This document shows positions 1-11,625 of a stretch of DNA of 64,000 bases, piece by piece (the first letter of the stretch is position 1; each line of letters begins with the position of its first letter). The translations under genes were made by a program, and so were the position numbers. Source of the stretch: Octopus sinensis (taxonomy: Eukaryota); the NCBI RefSeq assembly GCF_006345805.1, contig NC_043012.1:16182001-16246000 (forward strand), written 5' to 3'. The notes under the pieces were generated by a model that was given only the letters and a program-made list of their open reading frames with translations, was not told the DNA's origin and did not search any database.

Positions 1-489
1 TGTATGTGTGTGTGTTATGTGAAAGATATGTCAACAGAACATCCAATAGCCTGCAAATAATTAAACAAAGTGTATTTCTTGCATAAATCGGTCTGTATGG
101 TTACATGATTTCATGGAGATTATTTATGTTATACTCTTGCATCCTAAAGAGAAGTTGATGTGTTTCAGAGCCAAAGCGTTTAACGTAATATTTTACATGT
201 GTAATTCTCTGCATCAACTTAATATCCGTTATCACTCAATTCCGACTATCTGGTTACTAATGAGCAATAATCTTAGTATCAACGTTTTTAACGCCTCATT
301 TAACGCCTGTATTATGTGCATCCAGCAGAAAATCAGAGGAAATATCCGGATTTGTATGCTAAAACTACATTCATTCTATAATGATTGCTGAGTGTTGTTA
401 CCTAGCCTTTTCACGCTTCATTTAATCATTAATCATTTATCTGGTTTTTCTTTTTAGTGATAAATGATTCATTAGGTGTGTGAGAAATT

Positions 490-724
490 GAAGGCGGCGA
501 GCTGGCAGAAACGTTAGCACGCCAGGCGAAACGCCTAGTGGTATTTCGTCTGCCGTTACGTTCTGAGTTCAAATTCCGCCGAGGTCGACTTTGCCTTTCA
601 TCCATTCGGGATCGATTAAATAAGTACCAGTTACGCACTGGGGTCGATGTAATCAAATTCATCCGTTTGTCTGTCCTTGTTTTTTCTCCCTGTGTTTAGC
701 CCCTTGTGGGTAGTAAAGAAATTG
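490..724 (+). mobile_element. tRNA-derived SINE, family A, near full length
   Basis: GGCGGCGAGCTGGCAGAAACGTTAGC head, GAGTTCAAATTCC B-box-like motif, GTCGACTTTGCCTTTCATCC core; same sequence recurs at 29757, 45211 and 61201. Confidence 0.9.
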
Positions 725-999
725 GTGTGTGTGATATATTCTAGTGTGCTAGGGGCTAACGAACGGGGATTTATTCGTACTGTTGGGTTTAACAAATAAT
801 AAGGATTCAAAACACAAAATCTAGCCGCTGTCTAGGTATAGTATTAGATGTGAATGACAGAGTAAAGCAGTAGTACGACAAATTTAGCACCATCTTCTAT
901 TTTGCCTAGTTTTGCTAATGAAATATTAGAAATAGTATTCTACACTCTTCTGAATACGTTGGATTTTAGGACAAAAGTCAGTCTAAAGACGTTAAGAGA

Positions 1000-2600
1000 G
1001 ATCTAACTGAGCTTAGAATTAAATGTTGACTTGAATTCACTTTTACATTTTAATGTGAACAGGATTCGTTGTGTCTATGAATATTGATCGCCTCCTCATA
1101 TTGGTATAATCGAATCACTTAATGTTTAGTATGGCGATATGTTCTGAATAAGAACGTAAAATAACTTATAAATACCGCAGCAATTCTGAGCTTCAAAGAC
1201 ATCTGATTCACAAATGAAAATCAAGCTTCACTGCTGTAATGTGTTCTGTCGTATGAATATAAGAAACTATCAAAGGCTATGAAGCGATGTATATCTGAAA
1301 ATTAGGTATAGTTTAGTTCTAACTTGCTCATGTATAAAGATGACTTGCTATCGTAGAATGTTTTCAAGTAGTTTTAATAATTACTGTTTTGGTCAGAGAA
1401 AAGAAAATATACCTTTGGCAATCACAGAGATATCAGAAACTATGAGACTGAAAGAGAAAAGAAAGGAACAGATATGGACAGGAAGGCAATTTCTGTTTGG
1501 TTTAAATACTGATGGGTCTTTCAATTTTAACATTTTATGTAGTATACTTTCTATTGTTGTAGTATAGAGATTACTTAAATGTGTAAGTATCTTACAAGAG
1601 GCCCGGCTCCTTCCATACTACTACAACTACAAAAGTCATTACAGCATATAAGAAAGAGGTGCGATGAAATATGAATTAAAATAACTAACGACAAGAAAAG
1701 TGCACGTTAGGAAAACAAATAAAAATTGACCAACAAAGACAGAAATGGTTTATTGCAAGTAACTTACGAAGATAAGCGATTATATCATTGAAATACGAGT
1801 ACATATTTCTAAAGCTGGAAAGATTCATTATGGATAGTAAAAGCAGATTTTTCGAATAAAAGAGCTTCGACATTAAAAAATGATGGCTGTATCATATTTG
1901 CTGAAAAGAGATACTAATATCAATTCTTTCAGTTTAAATAAGATAATGTATGCAGCTGGAAAAGAATGCACGAAAGAGTGACAACTTCATATAAACCAAA
2001 GGAAATTACGTAGAAAACAAACAAAGAGATACAATAAATGTCTGCAAATATTAATAAAGTCAAAAATGAAAAGAGAGTGAAAAATAATGGGAGAAACCTA
2101 AATCCTTCAGTATAAAAAGAATTCTATCTTCTTTAAATGAAACAAATAGAAACATTATAAACGATAACGTTTGAAATTATCACAAAAAATGCCAAGCACA
2201 AAGCAATGCTAGCGAATAGGAAGAGAGATGGAATATTGAGAGTGAGGTGTGTGAATAACAGATGGATTACTATGGATGGGAACGTTCAAATCTAAATACA
2301 GATCAGAAACAGGCATAATAATGAGAAGAAATAACTACGCGTGAAGTACTTCAAACATTGCAGAACATGGAAAATTGAAAATGCAACACCTGGAAAGGAA
2401 ACAACTCGAAAGCTGTGACTAAAAATGATTAATAGATGTGCGTAAAATGCTTGGGAAATATTCAATTATCTTCTGAAATGATCACAAATAGCATCTCCTT
2501 GTTTCGTTTAAGGAAAGGCCATTCTAATGCAGGGTTACAAAGCGGCAAACTGCAAAGCACAGATGCATCAGTTGAATACCTGAAGTAACAAAGCCTTACG
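1000..2600 (+). pseudogene. Possible highly decayed non-LTR reverse transcriptase remnant
   Basis: Broken frames give NDGCIIFAE (~1880-1905, like [Y/F]ADDxxLFAE) followed by CTKE*QLHINQRK (like CxxWxLxINxxKT); many stops, boundaries approximate. Confidence 0.3.
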
Positions 2601-4574
2601 CATAATCACATAATTGTATCTCAACAGTTATACACATAACGGCGAAGGGAGGCATATTTGCCGAAAAACTGATTCGCAAATGTTCATATAGGCGCAGAAA
2701 ATCAATTACTATATAATGCATGACATGAGGAACAAAGGTTATAAACAGACGCACAATGCACACACACACATAGGTATAGGTGTGGGCGAGCGTGTGAGCC
2801 TTTATATGTAATTGTGTCTATGCGCGCATGTGTGTGTATGTCCGCGTGTGTATGCATAATAATAGATAACGGCAAATAGTATATATGGTTGTGATTAAAT
2901 CTTATCAACTCCATAGATTTTATTCGTGTGATCTCATGTTTGTAATCTCGTTTGCATTTTTGAAGATATAAAGAACACAGATATAAAGGAACATTGAAAT
3001 AATTTGCTATGCATTTTTAGGAAAAGAGTAGTATTAGCAATCTCCAGATACTTGAAAAATCTTGTCCAAACAGGGATGATCTGTTGATGTCTTTGATCCA
3101 GTTACGTTTCATGAAGGATCTCAGAAGGATTCTAAACTCCACCTTTTAGCTTTAAAAATTCAGTTATACTGAAAAGATTTTAAATATGGTCATCCTACAT
3201 TTTCAAAACCTGTCACTAGTTATTATTGCTCCATTAGCGAATTTGGCAAGGCAATAAAATTACAATCAGTGTACTTATTTTAGCTAGTTTCTGTCTTCCA
3301 AAGCAAAGTGACCAAATTTGTTTTTAAAATGCATCACAGAAGAATGCATAGCTGAAATAATCTTTATGGTCATTTTACGAAGTTAAGTGATGCTTTAAGA
3401 CTTTAACTGAACAATAGTTATCCATGTATGTTCCAGATGTCCAAACTCTTAATTTAACCGGTATTACTGCACCTCAATGCGCATTAATTACACCTTGTTG
3501 TATTCTAAATCTGGATTTTGGTTTGTAAATATGTCATTAAAGCGCAAAGTGATTTAATGAAATTTCTATCAATAAATTAGCACATGATTTGTGTATGAGA
3601 AGGGCGATATTTGAATGAATCAATGGTTAAAGGAAGCGTGTAATTTAATCACTGAAGGCACAATTATAAATAACTTGCTTATTGAATTAGGGACTGTACG
3701 GTTTAAATGATCACTGCATGTTGTTTAAATAACTCAACGAATGATTAAAACGTTAGTCTAATAGAAGAATTTAATGGATTGGGGAAATGATAAAATGTCG
3801 TTGAATAAGTATTCTTGTGTAAAAGACTGAATTGAAAGCCAAGTAAATTGATGTAAAACTTGCTTAACATTGCACCTATTACATCTAAAAGTATTCACAA
3901 AATAATGAAAGGAAAACATATCAATGCAGAAAGGAGGGAAACGGAAAATACTGAGGATCAATAAATAGATGATTAAAAGATTCACATGAAGTTTGGCAAT
4001 TTATGAAGTTGTAAAATAGCGAAGTAATATTGTGTGTGAAATACACAGAAGTGTCAGAAGGATAAAGGCATCCTCAGAAAAATGAACTCAGAACAAATAC
4101 AAAGAACAATATACCGAGATGAACTATGAAGCATTTCTATACGGAGTGAACCACGCGATTATTGAAATAAATATAGTTCCCATTAGACATGCGATTCAGG
4201 AGTAGACACACTTACGAGATGCCTTCTCTAAGTTTTGAGACTTTTGTTAGGCGAGGTGGTTATAACTGTTCTGCACTATTGCAATTTTAGTATATCATTA
4301 CTATGTGTGTTATAAGCTAACCTGTCAAATTTTATTCTCTTCAGACTGATGAAGACGGCTATAACAGCTCTTTCAATACTACCTAATAAACACGGTTTGC
4401 CAGAGCTGACTAGTTTGTAGAATGCTTTCAAGATGTGAAGGCAATTAAGAATCTTACTATACAATAATGTTTTGTGCTTGAATCGGTATAAAACGCTTCA
4501 TAAACTTATGAAATGGTTCAGGCTGTTTATTGATTGACATATATGAGACAAGCATCTATTTTTCGCTAGCACAA

Positions 4575-4990
4575 GACACCAGGCAAAGCATGTCCACCGG
4601 GAAGCGCACGATGATTCACTTTTTCAACACCAAAGGCATCATCTACATCTACTAGATTCCCTCAGGTGAGACAAAGTATTTTGTGAAAGTTTTCAGAGAG
4701 TTCAGGAAGAGATTTCCTCGCAAAAGGCCGCGGTACTTGCACCAAGTCAATGCACTAGTCGAAACTTCCATCCTGGTAATCAACTCCTTGATATAGATGG
4801 GCATCAACCTACCCCTCACCTTTCATACAGTCCAGACCTTGCTTCCTTTGACTTTTGGCTGTGTCCAAGCTAAAAGAGAAGGCGCAGGTGGCTGTAACAG
4901 AGGTTCTGGGCACTTCGAGAACTTCCATGAGGCCTTCACGAATTGGTAAGAATGCGACAAGTGCTAGTTTTGTATTTCTTGGATATTAAT
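4575..4990 (+). mobile_element. Mariner transposase C-terminal remnant
   Basis: YSPDLASFDFWLCP at 4826-4867 (mariner YSPDLAP(C/S)DF motif); upstream frames resemble FFxxKGII and VLREFRKRF; frameshifted. Confidence 0.8.
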
Positions 4991-5712
4991 AAATATCTCT
5001 CTTTGAAAAAGCCTCAAAACTTCTGGAATGCAAATTGTTTCTAATAAATAATACTTGTTCTTGTAGAACCCTGCAACTGTTTTCGATTGAGAGAATATCA
5101 ACTCGCCTATAGATGTCTTGTTTTTTGCCCAAATGTTTATACAGATAATAAGCCAGTATCTTTACATTAGAATAACAATTAAGTTCAAAATTAGATGTGT
5201 GTGACATAGACTTCACAACCTCCGTAGAATTACTTGTATTGTTTATATATATCATCCGGCCGGCACATTATCAGAAGGTAGACTATAACATTGAATGCAT
5301 ATTCACTTCTTTCGTTTCGCAAAATCATAGACTCTTCACAATAAACCTGCCTCTATTTTACATCCAGACCTTACGGCATATTGTACCATATTGTAACTGG
5401 AATTTTGAGCTAATCTCTAGCTATATAAATAAAAGGTTATGTTCGTTAAAATATTGTTAAAATATAGTATAGCAAGTAATCACCTATGTGATTATTTTTC
5501 GTCTCACCTAAGTGTTTATAAAACTATTTGTATGCAGTTAGAATTTAAAACTATTGAATAAATGTAAAGTTATAATTTATTCGGTTATTTTATACAGAAA
5601 TTCCGACAGTTTTGAATAAAGTTCTGATACACAAGTTGTTTAATCTATAAAAATTAAAAGCATAACAAACCTCTTTCTTTACTTAAAAAACACCATCGAT
5701 TACATAATGAGT

Positions 5713-5770
5713 GAATGAAAGACAAAGTCGATCTCGGCGGAATTTGAACTCAGAACGTAAAGACGGAAAC
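5713..5770 (-). mobile_element. SINE family A fragment
   Basis: AAAGTCGATCTCGGCGGAATTTGAACTCAGAACG is the reverse complement of the family A core. Confidence 0.75.
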
Positions 5771-7324
5771 AACCTTGTGATGTTTTTGATCATTAATTTC
5801 TAGTCCTTTCCCTATTTATAATGACTTCATTTTCTTATTCAATACAGAAATATCCCTTCATTATACTGAAACGTTTGCCGCCCATTCGTGTATTCCTATC
5901 TAATAAAGTTACTGGGGCTTCATATCGTCAACGTAGAATATATTTCTTGATGCTTTTGTTATCATCTCAATTTTTTTTGTAGAAACTTCTAGATGCATTA
6001 ATATAACATGTATCTTATTCATATTAATATAATATAATAGCTGCGAACATACAATATATATATAAAGGGTTTTAACAAATTGAAACTGCCATTGAACGTC
6101 AGGTTTCTGGTTTTACTACGCATAAGGCATTTAACCATTTTGAAATTTTGCAACAGAAGACTAAATACATGTCAAGCATTCAGTTATATTTTAAAATATT
6201 ATTCAAACCTCGCACAATTGTATATATTGCAGTATAAGGCATTCGACTGAAACATTAAGTTTGAATTTAAAGCCATTACTTATTTATGAATTCTCGTTGT
6301 TTAAGTTCGATCTTCTTAGGATACGGATGTAAATTTAATATTTGAAAATCAACATCATTATAATGTAATACTGTTTCAAATAGGCTTTTTAAATTTAGAC
6401 CTACCCGACAAATCATCCTCGCAAATCGGCGAACACTTCATTTGCAGATTTTTGCATTGCATTGAATATTGTTGGCATTATCTCAAACTGTCCTGGTGGA
6501 TCGCCACCCAAGCAATCAAATGTGGTTGAAACACCGTTTCCGACAATTTGGAAACAAAATTGTGAGCGACAAAATATGTGTGTGTGAATGGGTGGATGCT
6601 TATGTGTACATATTCATACATAAAATCCACTACACGCCATCTTGTGTGTATTAGTATATGAAAATATCTAAAGTCAGAATGATAAATACACACAGTCACA
6701 CAACAAATCCTCTGTTAGGAAGTAAAATTGAACTAATTACGGAATGAATATTATTCTATAACACTCAGTGTTATACCGCCTTAACCTTAGTGATACGTCT
6801 GATTTTTATATTTCAATATTAATGATACTCATGTCTGATTTTATGTGGTTAGTTAATATAATTGGTATTAATTGGTATTAAGTTCAGTATGCGGCCATTA
6901 CATGTAATCTATTGTTATTCAATAGGGACAATTCAGTTCTAAAATTATTAACTATTTGGTAGAGAATCTAATTCAAGATGTTCCAATATCTTTTTCTATC
7001 AATATTGTTGTCAATGTGATTGTGGTTTTCAGTTTCTCTGGGTGCCAAAAAAATAAAAAAATAATAAAAATAATATTTTCATATTTTCCAGTTCTGATTC
7101 TTTTTTTAATGTTGCGTTTCATTCTCACTGAAAGTGAATTTTCATGTTTCTAAATTTGATATTCAATGATTACGAAAAAAGTCATTTTGAAATGGTTGTA
7201 GAAGCTTGTTTACAGGTAGGCGTTTCAAATCGATTTTTAAACAATTTCTTTATTTCTTCATTTCTTCAGAGAACAATTTGTGCTAACGTAGATATGTGTA
7301 GGATATATTATTAGTGCATGTGTT

Positions 7325-7450
7325 CACGTTCTGATTTCAAATTTCGCCCAGGTCGACTTAGCCTTTCATTCTTTTCGGATATTGGGCTCGATGTAATCGA
7401 CATACCGTCTCTTCCTGACTTGCTGGCCTTGGGTCAAAATTTGAAATCAT
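7325..7450 (+). mobile_element. SINE family A-related fragment
   Basis: GTTCTGATTTCAAATTTCGCCCAGGTCGACTTAGCCTTTCA...GATGTAATCGAC. Confidence 0.65.
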
Positions 7451-7618
7451 TTGTGTATGTATAGAGGAATGTATTCACATAAATCTAAAAATATCGTACA
7501 CGAACATACCAGTCGTCTTGTGTGCATAGGTGCTGGCTTTGCAACCACGTGGTTTCGGATGCTATGTGAGTGAATGTAGTACACAAAAACGTGTGGAAGC
7601 CCGTCGTATATATACATA

Positions 7619-8236
7619 CGTTGTCTGATCAATAACTATCCGGACTGTTGCCATAGTAATGAAGCTAAAGCACGCAGAGTAAAGCCGCTTGACACAAATT
7701 GAACTTAGACGCTGTTGTGCATGCGCACTAAGTTTTAACATTCTTGCTGAGGTCCGCTGTATGCAGCAGTGCTCGGAATGAATGTGTGTAGCGTGTGATC
7801 GTGGCATTGACCATTACAGAGAAGGTTGAGCTGAGAATCTGCATCAAATGTTGCCAAAAGCTTGGCGATTCCTGCTCAGAGGCCTACGCAATTTTTTCAA
7901 ACAGTTTTCATCGTTTTCGACACAATCAAAGAGATCTTATGAAACGGAAAGCCGAGTGTCCTTTTGGTCAGCTGAAAGCAGTTTTTGCACAAACTTGCCA
8001 GACACGCATCTCATGCTCAAAACTTCAGCGATAACGGACTGAACTGAACCGTAACTAATCTGCATATCCTCTGATAACTCACGGATGGTGATTAGATGAT
8101 TTCCCCTCACAGCTGCACACACATCTGCAATATTTTTCTCAGTTCTGTTGGTTGCGGGCCTCCCAGAACGTTCGTCACTATCGTCATTTTCTTCGAAACG
8201 TCTGAATCACTCTTACACTTGCGTGCAGCTCATAAA
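7619..8236. mobile_element. 5' part of a mariner element with an internal inversion
   Basis: TA followed by a TIR-like end at 7617-7650; + strand TEKVELRICIKCCQKLGDSCSEAYA to 7890; minus strand 8236->7891 MSCTQV*E*FRRFEE..DERSGRP..ITIRELSEDMQISYGSVQS..KFVQKLLSADQKDTR (mariner HTH region). Confidence 0.85.
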
Positions 8237-8410
8237 CAACCCGGAAAAGTGGGTGTTGTTTCCAGTTCCCGTTCCCATTTCTCTGTTTCATGTCCTATCC
8301 CGTTCCCTGTTCAGTTCCCATTTTTGTTCCGCTCCCAACCCTATGTCAATATATTAATAAATTTTAGAATCAGTAAGGTGAAATTAAACCGTTAAATATT
8401 TCATTAACCT

Positions 8411-8770
8411 TTATGGTAATAGTTTATTACTAAAAATAGATATTACAAAACTATTAATACGATTAGTGGGTAAATAAGGAATGTTCCTATATCATTTTAA
8501 CAAACGAATATGCATCTGAGTAAAATAAATGAGTTCAACGGTAATACCGGGAAAGCGGGGGCTATTCGCAATTTCCGTTTACCATTACAGTTTTCCATCT
8601 CATATCCCGTATACTTTTTAGTTCTCGTCTTTACGCCCAACTGTCGGTTATGGTAATAGTTTATTGCTAAAAATAGGTATTATTTAATCAATTATTTCGA
8701 TTAGTGGGTGAATAAGGCATCTCCCTATATAATTTTAACAAATTAATATGCATCTGAGTAAAATAAATTA
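8411..8770. repeat. Diverged direct repeat of about 120 bp (8411-8530 and 8648-8770)
   Basis: TTATGGTAATAGTTTATT..AATATGCATCTGAGTAAAATAAAT occurs twice with a period of 237. Confidence 0.8.
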
Positions 8771-8827
8771 GATAAATAGATAGATTTACAAATATATTGA
8801 CAAATAGTCCGCGTATTGTAGCTTATC

Positions 8828-9290
8828 GTAGCGTCGCCGTACCTCGCGTTGCCCGATAAAAATGATTAAGATGTTATGGTGATTTAGATTTAATTGATCA
8901 AGTTGATCTTATGTTGAACCAACTTCCAGATCATTAATCATTACGTTTCTCTATGTCCTATCCACGAATCTTGCGGTCGACCGTGTCCTTAATATAACCT
9001 TGGCGTGATGTACGGGCGCTGCATGAAGAATTGTTTTCCTTTTGGAAAGCTGAGTTGTCCTCACAAAGGTCGCATATTGTTTACATGAAGGAGTACATCG
9101 TTTAGCCTTACGGAAGCCTTAGGGATCCCATTATAGATCTTTATTGAAATCCAATTAGTCTTTAATTCAATTGGATGTTAGTTTAAACATGTATGCAAAA
9201 GCTACGTCAAGATTGGTTCACTAACAGCAAGATGGTAACAGACAGACAGAGAGACATCAAACAGACAGAAATTTCCATTTATGTATTAGA
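8828..9290 (-). mobile_element. Degraded non-autonomous Helitron
   Basis: Minus strand starts A|TCTAATACATAAA, then (GTCT)n and TGAACCAATCTTGACG; ends with CGGGCAACGC and a decayed CTAG, like the element at 46750-47557. Confidence 0.5.
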
Positions 9291-9953
9291 TATGTATATC
9301 AAAGTGAGAATAGATTCAATTCGCACTTGGCAAAGCTCTTTTTAAATTTTGCCTGTTACGATATTTTGTATATTCCTCTCTATGTATCTTCTTGAAACGA
9401 TATTATAAAGTCATGCAGAAAAAAATCAGTGTTTGAAAAACAAATGAAGATACGTGTATACAGTTTTCAAACTCAATGTTTGAAGTAGAATAACACTGTC
9501 TCGAAAGCAATTATTAAGAAAACATTATAATTCTGTTAAACTTCGCCAAGAGATTATTTGTACTCATCCTAAGCAAAAACAGAAAAGAATATGATATAAC
9601 TAAAAGTAACCCACTAGAATTATCGAAATTCTAGTGCGTTAAATCCAAAATATTGCGTTCAGTTTCGAGCAAAATATAGCATGTATGTATGTGTATGTAT
9701 ACGTTTACGCGAGTCTCTTTTCAGACACGTTCATGTAAAGGACGCGGGAAAAAGTAAAACAGATTGTGAATAAGTTCTGTGAAACAATTATTTTGCAATT
9801 AGCTAGAAGTAGCCCTTTGTCAGCTTCTTGCCATCAAGCAGCTGTTAAAATACATCCAAAATTGACCACCTCAACGGTAATCGAATTATGTTTATAAAAT
9901 TACAACGGTCCTACCTTGTGCATTTGACATCATGTGATATTCACACGTTGTGC

Positions 9954-10018
<65 letters not shown>

Positions 10019-10504
10019 ATTATATATATATATATATATATACATATATATATTTATTTATATGTATGTATTTGTATGTATGAACACCTCTGATAATTAC
10101 TTTTATTGGCACACATAGTAAAATTCGAGAGTGGCTATTTTATCTATTATCTATATGATTATGCAGTTCTGCAGCACATAACCTTGTACTTGAATAATCA
10201 ATTGTTTTCATCATAATATATTTGCGTATATATATATATATATATATATATTTACATACAATTATTCTTACAATACCTAAAACGATCATTCAAGTCAAGG
10301 CATTTTCAGGTTTCTGTTATCTGTTCTATTTTCTTTTTACTTTGACGTGATATTAAGCTCACATTGTCCTAACCTAAAGATTCGTTAGTCTCTGTAGAGA
10401 AAAATAAAAATAAAAAACAATCATTCTTTTAGTGATTCTTGTTGCATTAAGTAAACTACAATACAATAATTGCAAAAAATTATTCAGCAGAATCATCGAT
10501 ATTC

Positions 10505-10957
10505 CACTGGTGTGTGGGAAGAAGTATATTTCTCAACCGCGTTCAGTCCCACCGCGTGGCACCTTTGGCAAGTGTCTCGTGCTATAGCCTCGAGCCGACC
10601 AAAACCTTATGAGTAGATTTGGCTGATGGAAACTGAAAGAAGCCTGTCGTATATACATACACGCACACGCGCACACACACATACACACTCACATACATTG
10701 TACGTTTGTGTGTGTGCGAGTGTGTGTGTGTGAGTATGTGTGTGAGTGAATGTGAGTGTGTTGCCTTTTTGTTTCTGTATTTCTCCACCACCACCGCTTC
10801 ACAACCAGTGTCGATTGTGTTTACCTTCCCATAGCCTAGCAGTTCGGCAAAACAAACCGATACATCAAGCCCCAGACGTTTAAAAGTTAATACTGAGGTT
10901 GATTTGTTCGACTAAAATTCTTCAAGGCGGTGTTTCAGCATTGCCGCAGTCTGATGT
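10505..10957 (+). mobile_element. tRNA-derived CORE-like SINE, family B, decayed full length
   Basis: GTTCAGTCCC, CACCTTTGGCAAGTGTCT, GAAACTGAAAGAAGCC, central microsatellite, 3' AAGGCGGTGTTTCAGCATTGCCGCAGTC. Confidence 0.85.
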
Positions 10958-10969
10958 GTGTATATATAT

Positions 10970-11039
<70 letters not shown>

Positions 11040-11107
11040 GTGTGTGTAGTTTACAATATCGTTATGGTAAAAGTACTCCATACATGATATGAATGTATAT
11101 ATACATG

Positions 11108-11437
11108 AAGGATCTTTTCACTTTGACCGGCAGATTTAAAAAATTATTTTTTGTAACTTTTAAACTTCGTTGACAAACGAAATATATACGGCCGGAACTT
11201 CATGTTGACAAACAACAGCAGTAACTGTATTCACCTCAATAGACATCATTGATTGGTTGAAATTGGCGCAATACGAGAAATTTAACAATAAATAGCTTAC
11301 AAACTACAGAATTTACTCAAGAACGCCAATAGAAAAAATGTTTTATGTAACACATTCTACCAATATACGAAGTTTAAAAGTGTTTAGTTACAAAAAATTA
11401 TTTTTTAAATCTACCGGACAAAGTGAAAAGATCCCCT
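11108..11437. mobile_element. MITE with terminal inverted repeats of about 50 bp
   Basis: GGATCTTTTCACTTTGACCGGCAGATTTAAAAAA..GTAACT at left and AGTTAC..TTTTTTAAATCTACCGGACAAAGTGAAAAGATCC at right; non-coding interior. Confidence 0.85.
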
Positions 11438-11625
11438 GAATCTTCTTTAGATTTTTATATTTATCTGAAACAAACCTTAAGTGAACTTAACTTAGAATGT
11501 AGAATTATTTTTAATGTTGTCTCACGTTTACGCAATTCCTAAGATCACGAATATAGATTGTGTGGGGCCCAATTTTATAAAAAAATATCAAAATATAAAA
11601 TATAAAAATATATGAAAAAATAGAT

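Noticed and set aside
4276-4464. hAT dimerisation-like peptide (SIER..SLKRIK) and CTGATGAAG at about 4346
   Set aside because: The match needs a gap and has no other support; there is no GAAAC or paired stem for a ribozyme
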